Source: an uncultured Chloroflexia bacterium (GTDB lineage Bacteria > Chloroflexota > Limnocylindria > QHBO01). From it: DNA of 64,000 nt. Under the pieces are notes generated by a model. The model was not told the origin of the DNA. It searched no databases and saw only the letters and a program-made list of their open reading frames with translations. Numbering within the stretch: position 1 is the first letter of the stretch; each line of letters opens with the position of its first letter. Position numbers and translations under genes: made by a program. Positions 1 to 11,100 of this stretch are shown piece by piece. The stretch lies in assembly GCA_963770875.1 (NCBI GenBank), contig CAVYRE010000005.1, positions 391,542 to 455,541 on the forward strand. Reading direction: 5' to 3'.

Positions 1-170
1 CCCGCAGGATCGTCGAAGTCGAGCAGCACGCTTCGCGCAGACTCGCCGAGCGGATGGGGGATGCTCGGCCTCCGTGTCAGATCGATCACGCCACGGCCGG
101 CGGCGACGAGGCGTTCCGCGATGAAGCGGCCCGTATAGCTGGTCGCGCCGGTCACGGCATCGGTCGTCAT
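1..170 (-). CDS. NAD(P)-binding SDR/epimerase-like protein, N-terminal part (runs off window start)
   Basis: Hand translation from ATG at 170: MTTDAVTGATSYTGRFIAERLVAAGRGVIDLTRR, a Rossmann TGxxSxxG-type N-terminus; not in the ORF track. Confidence 0.75.
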   Translation of the reverse strand, partial: MTTDAVTGATSYTGRFIAERLVAAGRGVIDLTRRPSIPHPLGESARSVLLDFDDPA

Positions 171-197
171 GACAGCAACCAGTCTACGGTCCTGCCC

Positions 198-250
198 TTG
201 ACACCAATGCTTGACTGTGCAACTATCTTCGCAGATAGTTGAGGAATCAA
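198..250 (+). promoter_or_regulatory. Divergent promoter region with TTGACA/TTGACT hexamers and palindromic operator-like sites
   Basis: TTGACA 198-203, TTGACT 211-216, and inverted repeat CAACTATCT-tcgc-AGATAGTTG at 220-241 in an AT-rich island. Confidence 0.5.
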
Positions 251-254
251 TCAG

Positions 255-830
255 ATGACCACCCATCCGACTCGCATCCTGGGGATCGCGGGCAGCCTGC
301 GCGGCGCCTCGTACAACCGGGCGCTGCTGCGCGCCGCCGCGGAGCTGGCGCCATCGGGCGTCGAGATCACGACCTTCGACGCGCTCAGCGGGCTGCCCTT
401 CTACGACGGCGACGTCGAGGCGGCCGGTGAGCCGGCTTCGGTTCACGACCTCCGTGCTGCGATCGAGTCCGCCGACGCGCTGTTGCTCGTCACCCCGGAG
501 TACAACGACGGCACCAGCGCCGTCCTGAAGAACGCGATCGACTGGGCCTCCCGCCCACCGCAGCGCGCGCTGAAGGGCAAGCTGGCGGCGGTGATGGGCG
601 CCTCGACCACGCCGAGCGCCGCGCGCGGCGGCATCGAATCGGTGGTCCGCGCGATGCGCCGCGCAGGCTCCGAGGTGCTCGACGAGCAGGTCGGGATCCC
701 ACTGGCCTCGGGCGTCTTCGACGCGGACCTGCGCCTGACCGATGACCTGGTCCGGGCCGAGGTGGCCGGCCTGGTGGCCACCCTCGCCGCGCACGCCCGC
801 GCGACGACCGAGGAGCAAGTCGCCGCCTAG
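255..830 (+). CDS. NADPH-dependent FMN reductase (ChrR/SsuE-like flavodoxin fold)
   Basis: GSLRGASYN, PEYN...LKNAIDWASR motifs; GAGGA RBS upstream. Confidence 0.9.
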   Translation: MTTHPTRILGIAGSLRGASYNRALLRAAAELAPSGVEITTFDALSGLPFYDGDVEAAGEPASVHDLRAAIESADALLLVTPEYNDGTSAVLKNAIDWASRPPQRALKGKLAAVMGASTTPSAARGGIESVVRAMRRAGSEVLDEQVGIPLASGVFDADLRLTDDLVRAEVAGLVATLAAHARATTEEQVAA

Positions 831-857
831 CCCGGTGGGGCGCGTATCGTTCGGCTC

Positions 858-1187
858 ATGGGATCAGACCGATACGCCTTCTTTGGGGACCTCGCCGAAG
901 AGTCCGAGATGCCCCGTCGCGGGATCCACAGCCAGACGCTCTCCGACGAGGACGGCGTCGAGCTCGTGCTCTTCTCGATGGCGCCCGGCGAGGAGCTCTC
1001 CGAGCACACCTCCGCTCGGCCCGCGATCATCCACGTCCTCTCCGGGACGGGCGAGCTCACCGTCGACGGTGATCGGCACGACGTGAAGCCCGGCTCCTGG
1101 ATGCGGATGGAGGCGCGGACGCCCCATGCGCTCATGGCGGCCACGGCGCTCGTCTTCGCTCTCTACCTGCTCCCTCGCGGCGACTGA
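858..1187 (+). CDS. Cupin domain protein
   Basis: LFSMAPGEELSEHTS, HVLSGTG, PHAL cupin motifs. Confidence 0.85.
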   Translation: MGSDRYAFFGDLAEESEMPRRGIHSQTLSDEDGVELVLFSMAPGEELSEHTSARPAIIHVLSGTGELTVDGDRHDVKPGSWMRMEARTPHALMAATALVFALYLLPRGD

Positions 1188-1194
1188 GGCAGCG

Positions 1195-2260
1195 CTAGTC
1201 GGTCAGCCCCCACAGGTCCCCGACGGTGAACCCGTCGGGGAAGGGGTCGTCGGGGTCGACCACGTACTCCGTGCGACCGGTGATCCAGGCGCTGCCGGTC
1301 AGCTGCGGCACGACCGCCCGGTAGGGTCCCACCGTCGTCTCGCGCAGCAGCCGTCCGGTCCAGGCGGTGTCGAGGATCCCCTGGTGGACGTAGTCCTCGC
1401 CGATCCCCAGCTTGCCGCGGGCGTGGAGCACGGCCATCCGCGCGCAGGTGCCGGTTCCGCAGGGGGAGCGGTCCAGGACTCCGGTGAACGACTCGGGCCG
1501 ATCCCAGTCGAGCGTGCCCGAGCTGACCACCACGGTGTTCTTGCCGTGCGCGCCGGGCAGGGTCGGCGGGGCGGTCAGCTCGACGATGCTGATCCCGCGG
1601 ATCTCCGGGTGCTCGGGGTGCGCCACGGGGATCTGCTCCCGGGCCGCGGCCTTGACCATCTCCCCCAGCCGCACGATGTCGCGCCCCTCGTCGGGAGTCA
1701 GCTTCAACCCGAGCGCCTCCGCCTCCACGATCGCGAAGAACATCCCGCCCCACGCCACGTCGACCTTCACCCTGCCGACCTGCGGCACCTCGACCGGGGC
1801 GTTGATCTCGATCGCGAAGGCCGGCACGTTCTCGAAGGTGATCGACGGTGGCGAACCCGTCGCGAACGGCCGCGCGCACCCGGATGAGGCCCGCCGGCGC
1901 CTCCAGCACCAGGTTCGTAATCGGCTCGGTGACCGGCACCAGCTTCTCGGCGATCAGGACCGTGGCGGTGCAGATCGTGTTCGACCCGCTCATGGCGGGG
2001 TACTCGGCCTGCTCCATGATCACGAAGCCGGCATCGGCCCTGGGGTCGGTCGGGGGCAGGATCAGGTTGGCGCAGAGCGCCGGATAGCCGCGCGGCTCGC
2101 GCAGCATCAGGTGTCGGAGCCGATCCCCGTGCTGCGCCAGGTGGTTGCGCTTCTCGAGCATCGTGGCGCCCGGCACGTCGTGGACGCCGCCGATGATCAC
2201 CCGTCCCGGCTCGCCCCCGGCGTGGGCCTCGACGGCGGTGATGGTCGGGTCGAGTCGCAT
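1195..2260 (-). CDS. Proline racemase / hydroxyproline epimerase family protein (frameshift near 1845)
   Basis: HAGGEPGR, EPRG and MSGSNTIC in ORF 1163-2323; WGG and DRSPCGTGT in ORF 1195-1827. Confidence 0.88.
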
Positions 2261-2316
2261 GCGGGCATGGTGCCACGGCAGCGCTCCGCGGGGACATCGC
2301 GCATAGTGACCGTCAC

Positions 2317-3000
2317 GTGGCAAGCCTCCTCACGACCCGCTCAAGCGCGCACGAGTTCCTCGACGCGGAGCAGCTGGACCTGCCTGCGCTGCGGAGGAAC
2401 CTGCGCGAGATGGCGATGCTCAACCGGCTGCCAGGAGGGATCGGGAACAGCATCAAGGCGGTCGAGCGGCTGCTCGACGGGCAGGCGGAGGCAACCGTCC
2501 TGGACGTGGGGACCGGTTCCGGGGACTTCGCCCGCCGGCTCCTCCTTCGCCGCCACGTCGAGGTGATCGCCTCGGATGTGCGCGAGGAGATCCTGGAGAT
2601 CGCCGCCCGTAACCTGGCGGGTACGAAGAATGTGTCCCTCCTCATGGCTGATGCCCGCGCCATCCCGTTGGCCGATCGCGAGGTGGACGTCGTCCACGCC
2701 TCGCTGCTGATGCATCACTTCGATCCCGACGACGCGGTCCTCGCCCTGAGCGAAATGCGACGCGTCTCGAGCCTGGGCGTCGTGATCAACGACCTCCGGC
2801 GTGGCCCGCTGCCGTTCGCGATGACGGCCGCGGCCGTGCTGGCGCTGAGCCGGGGCGCCTACACGAGGCACGACGGGGTCCTCTCGGCGCGCCGCGCCTA
2901 CACGCTCTCCGAGCTGGACACCCTTGCCCTGCGGGCTGGGCTCAGGCGCGTCTCGAGCAGTGCCCGATTCTGGCCCCGCGTGACGACGGTGTACCGATGA
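2317..3000 (+). CDS. Class I SAM-dependent methyltransferase
   Basis: VLDVGTGSGD motif I, LLMHHF, VINDL, HDG..S..RAYT; resembles the methyltransferases found beside type III PKS genes. Confidence 0.88.
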   Translation: MASLLTTRSSAHEFLDAEQLDLPALRRNLREMAMLNRLPGGIGNSIKAVERLLDGQAEATVLDVGTGSGDFARRLLLRRHVEVIASDVREEILEIAARNLAGTKNVSLLMADARAIPLADREVDVVHASLLMHHFDPDDAVLALSEMRRVSSLGVVINDLRRGPLPFAMTAAAVLALSRGAYTRHDGVLSARRAYTLSELDTLALRAGLRRVSSSARFWPRVTTVYR

Positions 3001-4181
3001 TGGCCGCCAACCTCGACTGCGACGCGCTGGTCGTCGGCGCCGGGCCGGCCGGCTCGGCCCTGGCCACGGCGCTGGCCGCCCAGGGCCGCGACGTCCTGCT
3101 GCTGGAGGCTCGCGCCCATCCTCGCCCCAAGGCGTGCGCGGAGTACGCCAGCCCGCGGATTCTCGAAGAGCTCCGCCGCCTCGGCATCTCCGACGAGGCT
3201 TGGCAGGCAGACGCGCTCCCGCTGCGGGGGATGCGGGTGATCCGCGGCGATGACGCCGTCGAGATCCGGTATCGAGACGCAGCGGGCTCGCGCTCGGCGT
3301 GGGGCCTCGACCGCGTCACGTTCGATGCCGGCCTGGCCGCCCATGCCGCTGCCACGGGCGCCAGCCTGGCGGAGCACTCCACCTTCGAGAAGCCGATCTG
3401 GACCGATGGTCGGATCGGCGGCGCCGAGGTTTCCACCGCGGAGGGGCCGCGGACCATCAGGTGCAGGTGGCTGATCGGCGCAGATGGCGCGCGCTCCCGG
3501 GTCGCCAGCCGGCTCGCTGTCGACCGACCGATCCGTGCGCCACGCCGCATGGGGATGGTCGCTCACTACGAAGGGCATGCGGAGCTCTCCGACCACGGAG
3601 AGATGCACGTCGGACGGGGCTGGTACGTGGGACTGGCGCCGCTCGCCGGCGGGCGCCTGAACGTCGGCATGGCGATGCCGATGGGCGACCACCGGCGGAG
3701 CGCGCGTGATCGGTTCCAGGCGGGCATCGATGGCATCCCGGCCGTTGCGCGCCGCCTTGCCGGCAAGCGGCGGCTGACCCCCATCCGCGGAGCGTCGCCG
3801 ATCGGCCATCGGGTGGCCCGCGCGGCTGGCCCGGGCTGGATGCTGGTGGGGGACGCGGCCGGCTTCATCGACCCGTTCACCGGGGAGGGCATCTACCGTG
3901 CCCTGCGCTCCGCGCGCGCGGCGGCCGACGCCCTGGCCTCCGGCGACGAGGGAGCCGAAGGGCGATACCTGGCGGAGCGCCGGAGGGCATTCGCCGCGAA
4001 GGACGCCCTGACCTGGCTGGTGCAGGGGATGCTCGCCAGCCCGCCGCTGATGGGGTATGCGCTGCGTCGCCTCGCGGCGAGGCCGGCGACCGGGGACCTG
4101 CTCGGCTCCGCCCTTGGCGACTGCCGCCCCGCGAGCGACGCCCTCTCGCCGCTCTTCCTGGCGGAGGTGCTGCGGCCGTGA
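2997..4181 (+). CDS. FAD-dependent oxidoreductase (geranylgeranyl reductase / aromatic hydroxylase-like)
   Basis: VVGAGPAGS, PRPKACAE, IGADG, GDAAGFIDPFTGEGI. Confidence 0.88.
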   Translation: MMAANLDCDALVVGAGPAGSALATALAAQGRDVLLLEARAHPRPKACAEYASPRILEELRRLGISDEAWQADALPLRGMRVIRGDDAVEIRYRDAAGSRSAWGLDRVTFDAGLAAHAAATGASLAEHSTFEKPIWTDGRIGGAEVSTAEGPRTIRCRWLIGADGARSRVASRLAVDRPIRAPRRMGMVAHYEGHAELSDHGEMHVGRGWYVGLAPLAGGRLNVGMAMPMGDHRRSARDRFQAGIDGIPAVARRLAGKRRLTPIRGASPIGHRVARAAGPGWMLVGDAAGFIDPFTGEGIYRALRSARAAADALASGDEGAEGRYLAERRRAFAAKDALTWLVQGMLASPPLMGYALRRLAARPATGDLLGSALGDCRPASDALSPLFLAEVLRP

Positions 4182-4618
4182 GGAGCCGCGTCGGAATCCA
4201 CATCGATGCACCGCTGGAGCGGATCTTCCCGCTGGCGGCGGAGGTCGAGCAGTGGCCGGAGCGCCTGCCCCACTACCGCTACGTGCATCGCCTCCCCGCC
4301 ACCGACGGCGAGCGGCGCTTCGCGATGGGTGCGCGTCGCGGCCCGATCCCGGTGCGCTGGGTGGCCACCCAGCGACCGCTGCCCGAGGAGCGGCGCATCG
4401 AGTTCACGCACGTCGGCGGCGTGACGCGGGGGATGCAGGTCGCCTGGCTCTTCGAGCCGAACGACGACGGCTGGCTCGTGAGCATCGAGCATCACCTCGA
4501 CCTCGGCTGGCCGCTGATCGGCCGGGTCGCGGAGCGCGTCATCGGCCCGCAGTTCGTCGAGGCGATCGCGCGCCGGACGCTCGGGCGCGTGAAGATCCTG
4601 GCCGAGGCCGGCGCATGA
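4178..4618 (+). CDS. SRPBCC / polyketide cyclase-aromatase family protein
   Basis: IDAPLERIFPLAAEVEQWPERLPHY N-terminus, 146 aa START-like pattern; 4-nt overlaps with both neighbours. Confidence 0.8.
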   Translation: MRSRVGIHIDAPLERIFPLAAEVEQWPERLPHYRYVHRLPATDGERRFAMGARRGPIPVRWVATQRPLPEERRIEFTHVGGVTRGMQVAWLFEPNDDGWLVSIEHHLDLGWPLIGRVAERVIGPQFVEAIARRTLGRVKILAEAGA

Positions 4619-5844
4619 GGCGCGTGGCGGTGACCGGGATCGGGGCCGTCACGCCCATCGGCTCGGGTTCCGACGAGCTGTGGGCCGGCGTGCTCGCCAA
4701 CCGATCGGCGGTGCGCGCCATCGACCGCTTCGACGCATCGCCGTTTCCGTCGCGGATCGCCGCGCAGATCGACGATTTCGTGGCAACCGACCATCTCGAC
4801 ACGAAGCGGGCGAGGCGGCTGGATCGGTTCAGCCAGCTCTCGGTCGCGGCCGCCCGGATGGCCATTCGACAGTCGTGCCTGACCGATGCCGACCGGTCCG
4901 ACGGCCGGACCGGCGTCTGGATCGGCTCGGCGCTCGGGGGAGTCGCGTTCGGCGAGGAGCAGCACGCGGCGTACGTGCTGGGGGGCGTGCGAGCCGTCGC
5001 GCCGACATTGGCCACGGCCGTCTTCGGCGGCGCGGGCGCGAGCAACGTGGCGATCGACCTGGGGATCCGCGGGCCGGCATTGGGGAATGCCAACTCGTGC
5101 GCCTCGGGGGCGGTGGCCGTCGGCCAGGCCTTCCAGGCGGTCAGGTCCGGGATCGTCGACGTTGCCGTGGCCGGTGGCGCGGAAGCGCCGCTGGCGCCGC
5201 TCACCCATGGCGCCTTCGCCATGATCCGCGTCCTCTCCCAGCGCAACGACGATCCGGCGACGGCATCGCGGCCGTTCGATCGCGATCGCGATGGCTTCGT
5301 CATGGGGGAGGGGGCCGCCATCCTCGTCCTCGAGGCGTGGGAAGCGGCCGAGCGGCGCGACGCCTCGATCCTGGGCGAGGTGGTCGGCTTCGGCGCCTCG
5401 ACCGACGCGTATCACCTCACCGCCCCGCTCCCCTCCGGTGAGGCGGCGGCGGCGGCCATCACCACGGCACTGGCCGACGCGGGCGTCGCCGCGGGCGAGA
5501 TCGGCTACGTGAACGCGCACGCCTCGAGCACGCAGCTCAACGAGCCGGCCGAGGCCAAGGCACTGCACCTCGCGTTGGGCGAGCACGCGGCAACCGTGCC
5601 GGTGTCGGGCACGAAGGGCCTCTACGGGCACGCGCTGGGGGCGAGCGGCGCGATCGAGGCGGCGATCACGCTGATGGCCCTGCGGCACGGCCTCCTGCCG
5701 GGGACGTGCAACCTCGTCAATCTCGACGAGCGCTGCCAGCTGCGCGTCCTGCACGAGCCGCTCGCCGCGTCACCGGCGCTCGCCCTCTCGACCTCGTTCG
5801 GCTTCGGCGGGATGAACGCCGCCCTGGTCCTGCGCCGGGCATAG
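4615..5844 (+). CDS. fabF: Beta-ketoacyl-ACP synthase II (FabF-like ketosynthase)
   Basis: [10 protein letters not shown] start at ATGA overlap; NSCASG (Cys), YVNAHASST (His), [10 protein letters not shown] (His), SFGFGG. Confidence 0.88.
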   Translation: MRRVAVTGIGAVTPIGSGSDELWAGVLANRSAVRAIDRFDASPFPSRIAAQIDDFVATDHLDTKRARRLDRFSQLSVAAARMAIRQSCLTDADRSDGRTGVWIGSALGGVAFGEEQHAAYVLGGVRAVAPTLATAVFGGAGASNVAIDLGIRGPALGNANSCASGAVAVGQAFQAVRSGIVDVAVAGGAEAPLAPLTHGAFAMIRVLSQRNDDPATASRPFDRDRDGFVMGEGAAILVLEAWEAAERRDASILGEVVGFGASTDAYHLTAPLPSGEAAAAAITTALADAGVAAGEIGYVNAHASSTQLNEPAEAKALHLALGEHAATVPVSGTKGLYGHALGASGAIEAAITLMALRHGLLPGTCNLVNLDERCQLRVLHEPLAASPALALSTSFGFGGMNAALVLRRA

Positions 5845-5896
5845 CGTCTCTGCCGGCCGCATGCCGCGGCCACCCGCTTGGACCTATCCTTCCGCC

Positions 5897-7148
5897 ATGG
5901 CCGACCTGCCGCATTCCACGCACACGGTGGTGATCGGGGCCGGGCAGGCGGGGCTCATCATGAGCCGTCACCTCCAGGATGCCGGTCGGGAGCACGTGGT
6001 CCTCGATCGTCGCCCAACGCTCGGCGGCGGCTGGCTCGACCGGTGGGACGCCTTCCAGCTCGTGACGCCCAACTTCGTGACCGATCTGCCGGGGTTCCCC
6101 TACCGACGGCGGCGACCCCGATGGGTTCATGACCCGCGACGAGATCGCCGGGCGGATGGCCGGCTATGCGGCCGCCATCGATGCCCCTGTCGTCCTCGAG
6201 GCCGAGGTCACGCGGGTGGCCCTCCAGGAGCCGAACCGCGGCCCCTTCCTCGTGGAGAGCAACCGCGGGACGGTCCTCGCCCACGAAGTGATCGTGGCGA
6301 GCGGTGCCTTCCACATTCCCCGCATCCCGGCGAGCGCCACGTTCGGCCCGGCGATCCACCAGCTTCACGCGCACGACTACCGCAACGAGCTGGCGCTGCC
6401 ACCTGGAGGGGTCCTCGTGGTCGGCTCGGGACAGACGGGGGTCCAACTGGCCGAGGAGCTCCACGCGGCGGGACGCTCCGTGACTCTCTCCGTCGGTCAC
6501 TGCGGCCGGATGCCGCGTCGCTATCGCGGCCGCGATTCGTTCTGGTGGCTCCACCAGATCGTCCTCCACGGCGACGATGTCGGGGTCGTCCTGCCCACGG
6601 TCGGGGCGATGCCCGACCCTCGCGCCCGGCTCGCCTGCAACCCGCATCTGTCCGGACACGGCGGCGGCCACGACACGAACCTCCGCCGGTTCGCGGCCGA
6701 GGGGATGCGGCTGGTCGGCCGCTTCGAGGGAGCGGACGGGGAGCGGGCGCGCTTCGCCGCCGACCTCGGCGCCAACCTCGCCTACGCCGACGGCTTCTTC
6801 GACGAGCGCTTCAGGTCGGTGTACGACACCTTCATCGAGCGGGCCGGGCTGGATGCACCGCCTGACGACCGGAGCACCTTCGCACACGAGGTCCCGGAGG
6901 TGACGGAGCTCGACCTGCGCGCCGAGGGGATCTCGACCGTCCTCTGGACGACCGGCTACGCGCCCGATTACGCCTGGCTGGATCTCCCCGTCCTTGACGA
7001 CCTCGGCCTGCCGCGCCACGTCCGCGGCGTGAGCGAGGTCCCGGGGCTCTCCTTCATCGGCCTCCTCTGGCAGCACGACCAGACCTCCGCCAACCTGGTC
7101 GGGGTTGCCGCCGACGCCGCCTACCTCGCCTCGCTCTGGAGTGCGTGA
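5897..7148 (+). CDS. Flavin-containing monooxygenase-like oxidoreductase (frameshift near 6105)
   Basis: GAGQAG and RWD..LVTPN in the first frame; [19 protein letters not shown] in ORF 6129-7148. Confidence 0.85.
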
Positions 7149-7151
7149 CCC

Positions 7152-8165
7152 GTGTCCGAGCTCGGCGAGCTCCTCGATGCGGCGGAGGCGATGGCGGCCC
7201 GTGACGAGCCGATGGCCCTGGCCACGATCGTCTCGACGCGCGGCTCCACCTACCGTCGGGCCGGGGCGCGGCTCCTGATCCCCGCCGAAGGCGAGCCGAT
7301 CGGGAACATCAGCGGCGGGTGCCTGGAGGGGGACGTCGCGCGCATCGGTCGCGAGGTGATCGCCGCGGGGGAGCCGCGCCTGGTCGAGTTCGACATGACG
7401 GCGGACGACGACGCGGTGTGGGGCTACGGGCTGGGCTGCAACGGGGCGATCGAGCTGTTCGTGGAGCCCACGGCCGGCGCGACTGCGTCGGTTGCCGCGC
7501 TGCGGACGGGCGCCGGGTCGTGCCTGGTGACCCAGCTGACTGGCCCGGACGCCGGCTCACATCGCCTCCAGGCCGATGGCGCAGCGGCCGCGGCGCTGCG
7601 CGACGGTACCCCGCGCGTCGAGGAAGTCGACGGCGAGCGCGTCTTCCACGAGCCGCTCCTGCCGCCGCTCCGCCTGCTGGTCTGCGGCGCCGGCCATGAC
7701 GCGATCCCGCTGGTGCGCCAGGCGGCCGAGCTGGGCTGGCGCGTCGCCGTGGTGGACGTGCGCAAGAACCTGCTGACCACCGAGCGCTTTCCCGGCGCTG
7801 CCGAGTTCGCCAGCCCGGACCCCGCTGCGGCGGCGACGGCGCTGAACCCCGATCCGCGAACCGCGGTGATCCTGATGAGCCACAACTACCTGCGCGACAT
7901 CGCGCACCTGCGCTCGTTCCTCGATGCGCCACTCGCCTACCTGGGGGTGCTCGGCCCGCGCGGACGCACGGAGCAGATGCTGCGGGAGATCGGGCGACCG
8001 GAGGGGATCGACCAGCTCCGTGCGCCGGCAGGGATCGACATCGGCGCCGAGGGACCGGAGGAGGTGGCGCACGCGATCGTGGCCGAGATCCTGGCCGTGA
8101 CTCGGGGCCGCGGCGCGGGGCCGCTGCGGGACCGGCGCGGGCCGATCCACACGGGGAGCGACTAG
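7152..8165 (+). CDS. xdhC: XdhC/CoxI family molybdoenzyme maturation factor
   Basis: GSTYRRAGA, ISGGCLE, GLGCNG, GAGHDA, MSHNY, APAGIDIGAEGPEEVA. Confidence 0.9.
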   Translation: MSELGELLDAAEAMAARDEPMALATIVSTRGSTYRRAGARLLIPAEGEPIGNISGGCLEGDVARIGREVIAAGEPRLVEFDMTADDDAVWGYGLGCNGAIELFVEPTAGATASVAALRTGAGSCLVTQLTGPDAGSHRLQADGAAAAALRDGTPRVEEVDGERVFHEPLLPPLRLLVCGAGHDAIPLVRQAAELGWRVAVVDVRKNLLTTERFPGAAEFASPDPAAAATALNPDPRTAVILMSHNYLRDIAHLRSFLDAPLAYLGVLGPRGRTEQMLREIGRPEGIDQLRAPAGIDIGAEGPEEVAHAIVAEILAVTRGRGAGPLRDRRGPIHTGSD

Positions 8166-11100
8166 CCGACCGGCAGTCCGACCGCCTCGTTGAGCACGCG
8201 CAGGAGCGGCGTGGCGTCCGAGACGGGTGAAGATGGCGCGGGCCTCGTCGGCCGCGGCCTTGGCGTCGGGGTTCTCCCCACGCACCAGCCGCACGAAGTC
8301 GAGTTCGCACAGCGCGAGATCGAACGACGTCTCGAGATCGCGCCACTGGCGGATCGCGTCGCGATAGCTCGACGGCGGCATCCTCCGCCTCTCCATCGAG
8401 GGCCGACACGCCGGCGTCGATGGTGCGCAGGCTCGCGTTGATGGCGCGCCCATGCCAGCCGAGCGCGCGGAGGTGGTCCGCGGTCTGTCGGGCCTCGTCC
8501 GTCCGCCCCGCCCACAGCGCGGCGCGCCCGGCCAGCGGCATGTCCTCGTTCGCGTTGGCCGGATTGATCCTGGTGCTGGCCCAGGCCGCCTCGTACGCGT
8601 CCGTCAGGCGCCCGTCAAGGAGCGCCAGCCACGCTCGGACTCCGCCGATCTGGGACAGGACCCCCGGCTCGTCGGTGGTCTTGGCGAAGGCCTCTGCCCG
8701 CTCCAGCGTCGCGGCGAACGGGCGCCCCTGCAGGGCATCCAGAACCGTGACGATCGCCTCCGCCAGGTACTGGTCCGGCGGCGCCAGGTCGGCGGCCAGC
8801 AGGTCGTTCAGCACCCCACGGCCGAGCGTCCCATTCACCGACCCGCAGCGCGTTGCCAACGGAGTTGACGCCCATCACCGACCATCTGCGCGCGGTCCCC
8901 GCTCCGCTTCACGTCCTCGAACCCGGCCAGGGCGATCTGGAGGCCGGTCGCAGGATCGTCGAACGACAGGATGCTGCTCAGGTTGATCCGCGCGCGAGTG
9001 GCGGCGTACGACAGGCCGTAGGCGGTACCGAGGTCGAGGACGCCCCGCAGCCCGGCGACCCCCTCCCGGACCCGCCCCCCGAAGCCGAGCGCGGTGGCCC
9101 GCGTGTTCAGGAGATCGGCGATCTCCGGAATCATGTCGAGCCGTTCGGCAAGTGGCAGCGCACGATCCGCCCACTCGACAGCTGGACCCACCTCCGCATG
9201 GAGCATGTAGGCGCGGGCCAGTGCGGCCCAGACCCCGACGATCGCCTCGTCCTGCTCGAGCTCCGCGAGCCGCGGCAGTGCGGCGGTGAGCTCCGCGATG
9301 GCGGTGGCCGGCTGCTGCCCCGACCCGAGCAGGCGCCCGAGGGCGGCGACCGCGCAGGGCCTCGCTCGGGGCGTGCGCCCCCTCTCGCGCGGCCGTCACC
9401 GCCCGGCGCAGGTAGCCCTCGGCAACGTCATAGCGCCCTGCACGGCCGGCCGCATCGCCGGTCTGGCGCAGCAGCTGCGACTGGTGCTCGGCGTCCGGCG
9501 TGATCTCCAGCGCCAGCTCCAGGAAGCGGACCGCCTGCTCGTGCGAACCGAGGGCGGTGGCTCGCTCGGCCGCGCGCTGCAGCAGGTCGGCGGCATGGGC
9601 CCGGATCTCCTCCGCATCGGGATCCTCCGGAGCGCTGCGGTAGGCGTCGAGGTAGTGCGCCGCCGTGGCGTCGATGATCTCGTCGTCCTGGAGCGACTCG
9701 AAGTGCTCCCCGGCGGCAAGGTGCACGACCTTGCGGTCGCGCTTGGTGAGGGTGCCGTAGGCGACGTCGCGGACGAGCGCCTGGACGAAGCCGTACTGGC
9801 CCCGTTCCGGCGAGCGTGGATCGCTGTCGAGCGTCAGCAGCTCCCGGCGCACGAGGGCATGCAGCCGCGCCTCCAGGTCGTCGCCCTGGCCCGTCACCGC
9901 CTTCAGGCCCCTCAGGGTGAAGGTCTGGCCCAGGACCGATGCGTACTGGAGCAGGGACCGATCCGTGGCGTCCAGCGCATCCAGCCGCGAGCGCGATGAG
10001 GGCGTGGAGCGTCGCCGGCACGGCGAGCGTGCTCAGGTCGCCGACCGGCCGATAGACCCCGTCGTGCAGCTCGAGGCGACCCTCCTGCAGCAGCATCCGC
10101 ACCGTCTCGACGGCGTAGAGGGGGATCCCCTCCGCGCGCGACACGATCTGCTCCATCGTCGGCTCGGGCAGGCCGGGCACGAGGCTGGCCAGGATCTCGC
10201 GGATGACCTGGTCGGGCAGCGGCTCGAGGTCGAGGCTCGTGAAGCTGCGCTGCCCGGCTCCCCAGTTCGGACGGCGCTCGAGGAGCTCCGGACGCGCCAG
10301 CGTGATGATGTAGATGGCGTGGCCGCGGGACCACTCGAGCATGTGGTCGATGAAGTCGAGCTGTCCCGGATCGGCCCAGTGCAGGTCCTCGAAGACCAGG
10401 ACCGCCGGATCGTCGCCGGCCACGCGCTCGAAGAAGGTTCGCCAGGCGGCGAAGAGGTCGTCCCGCCCGCCGGAATCGGCCTCGGCCATGCCCAGCAGCT
10501 GCTCGAGGCGCGGGCCGATCCAGCGCCGCTCCACCTCGTCCGGTACGTACTCCTCGAGCGCCTTGGCCAGCTTGGCCCGTGTCGTCGCGGCATCGTCGAG
10601 CTCCAGCAGCCCGACCCGGCTGCGCACCATCTCGGCGAGTGCCCAGAAGCTGATCCCCTCGCCGTAGGCCGGCGAGCGTCCCTGGTGCCAGCGCACGGTC
10701 ATGAAGATGCCGTCGATGTACTTGAGGAACTCCCAGGCCAGCCGGCTCTTGCCGATCCCCGCCTGGCCGATGATCGACAGCAGGCGCGGGCGCTTCTCGC
10801 GGGGCGCGGCATGGAACAGGTCCTTCACCAGGCGCATCTCGGTGTCGCGACCCATGAACGGCGCCTCGAGCTGGTCGGCGCGGCCGACTCCGCCCCGCTG
10901 GGCCACCACGCGCACCGCGCGATAGGCGGGCACCGGGCTGACCTTGCCCTTCAGCTCCTGTTCGCCGGCCGGCTCGAAGACGATGGCGCGCTCGGCGCTC
11001 TGGCGAGTCGCCTCGCCCACGATGACGGTCCCGGGCGGGGCGATCGACTGGAGGCGCGAGGCGGTGTTGACGAGGTCACCGGCGACCATCCCCTGGTTCG

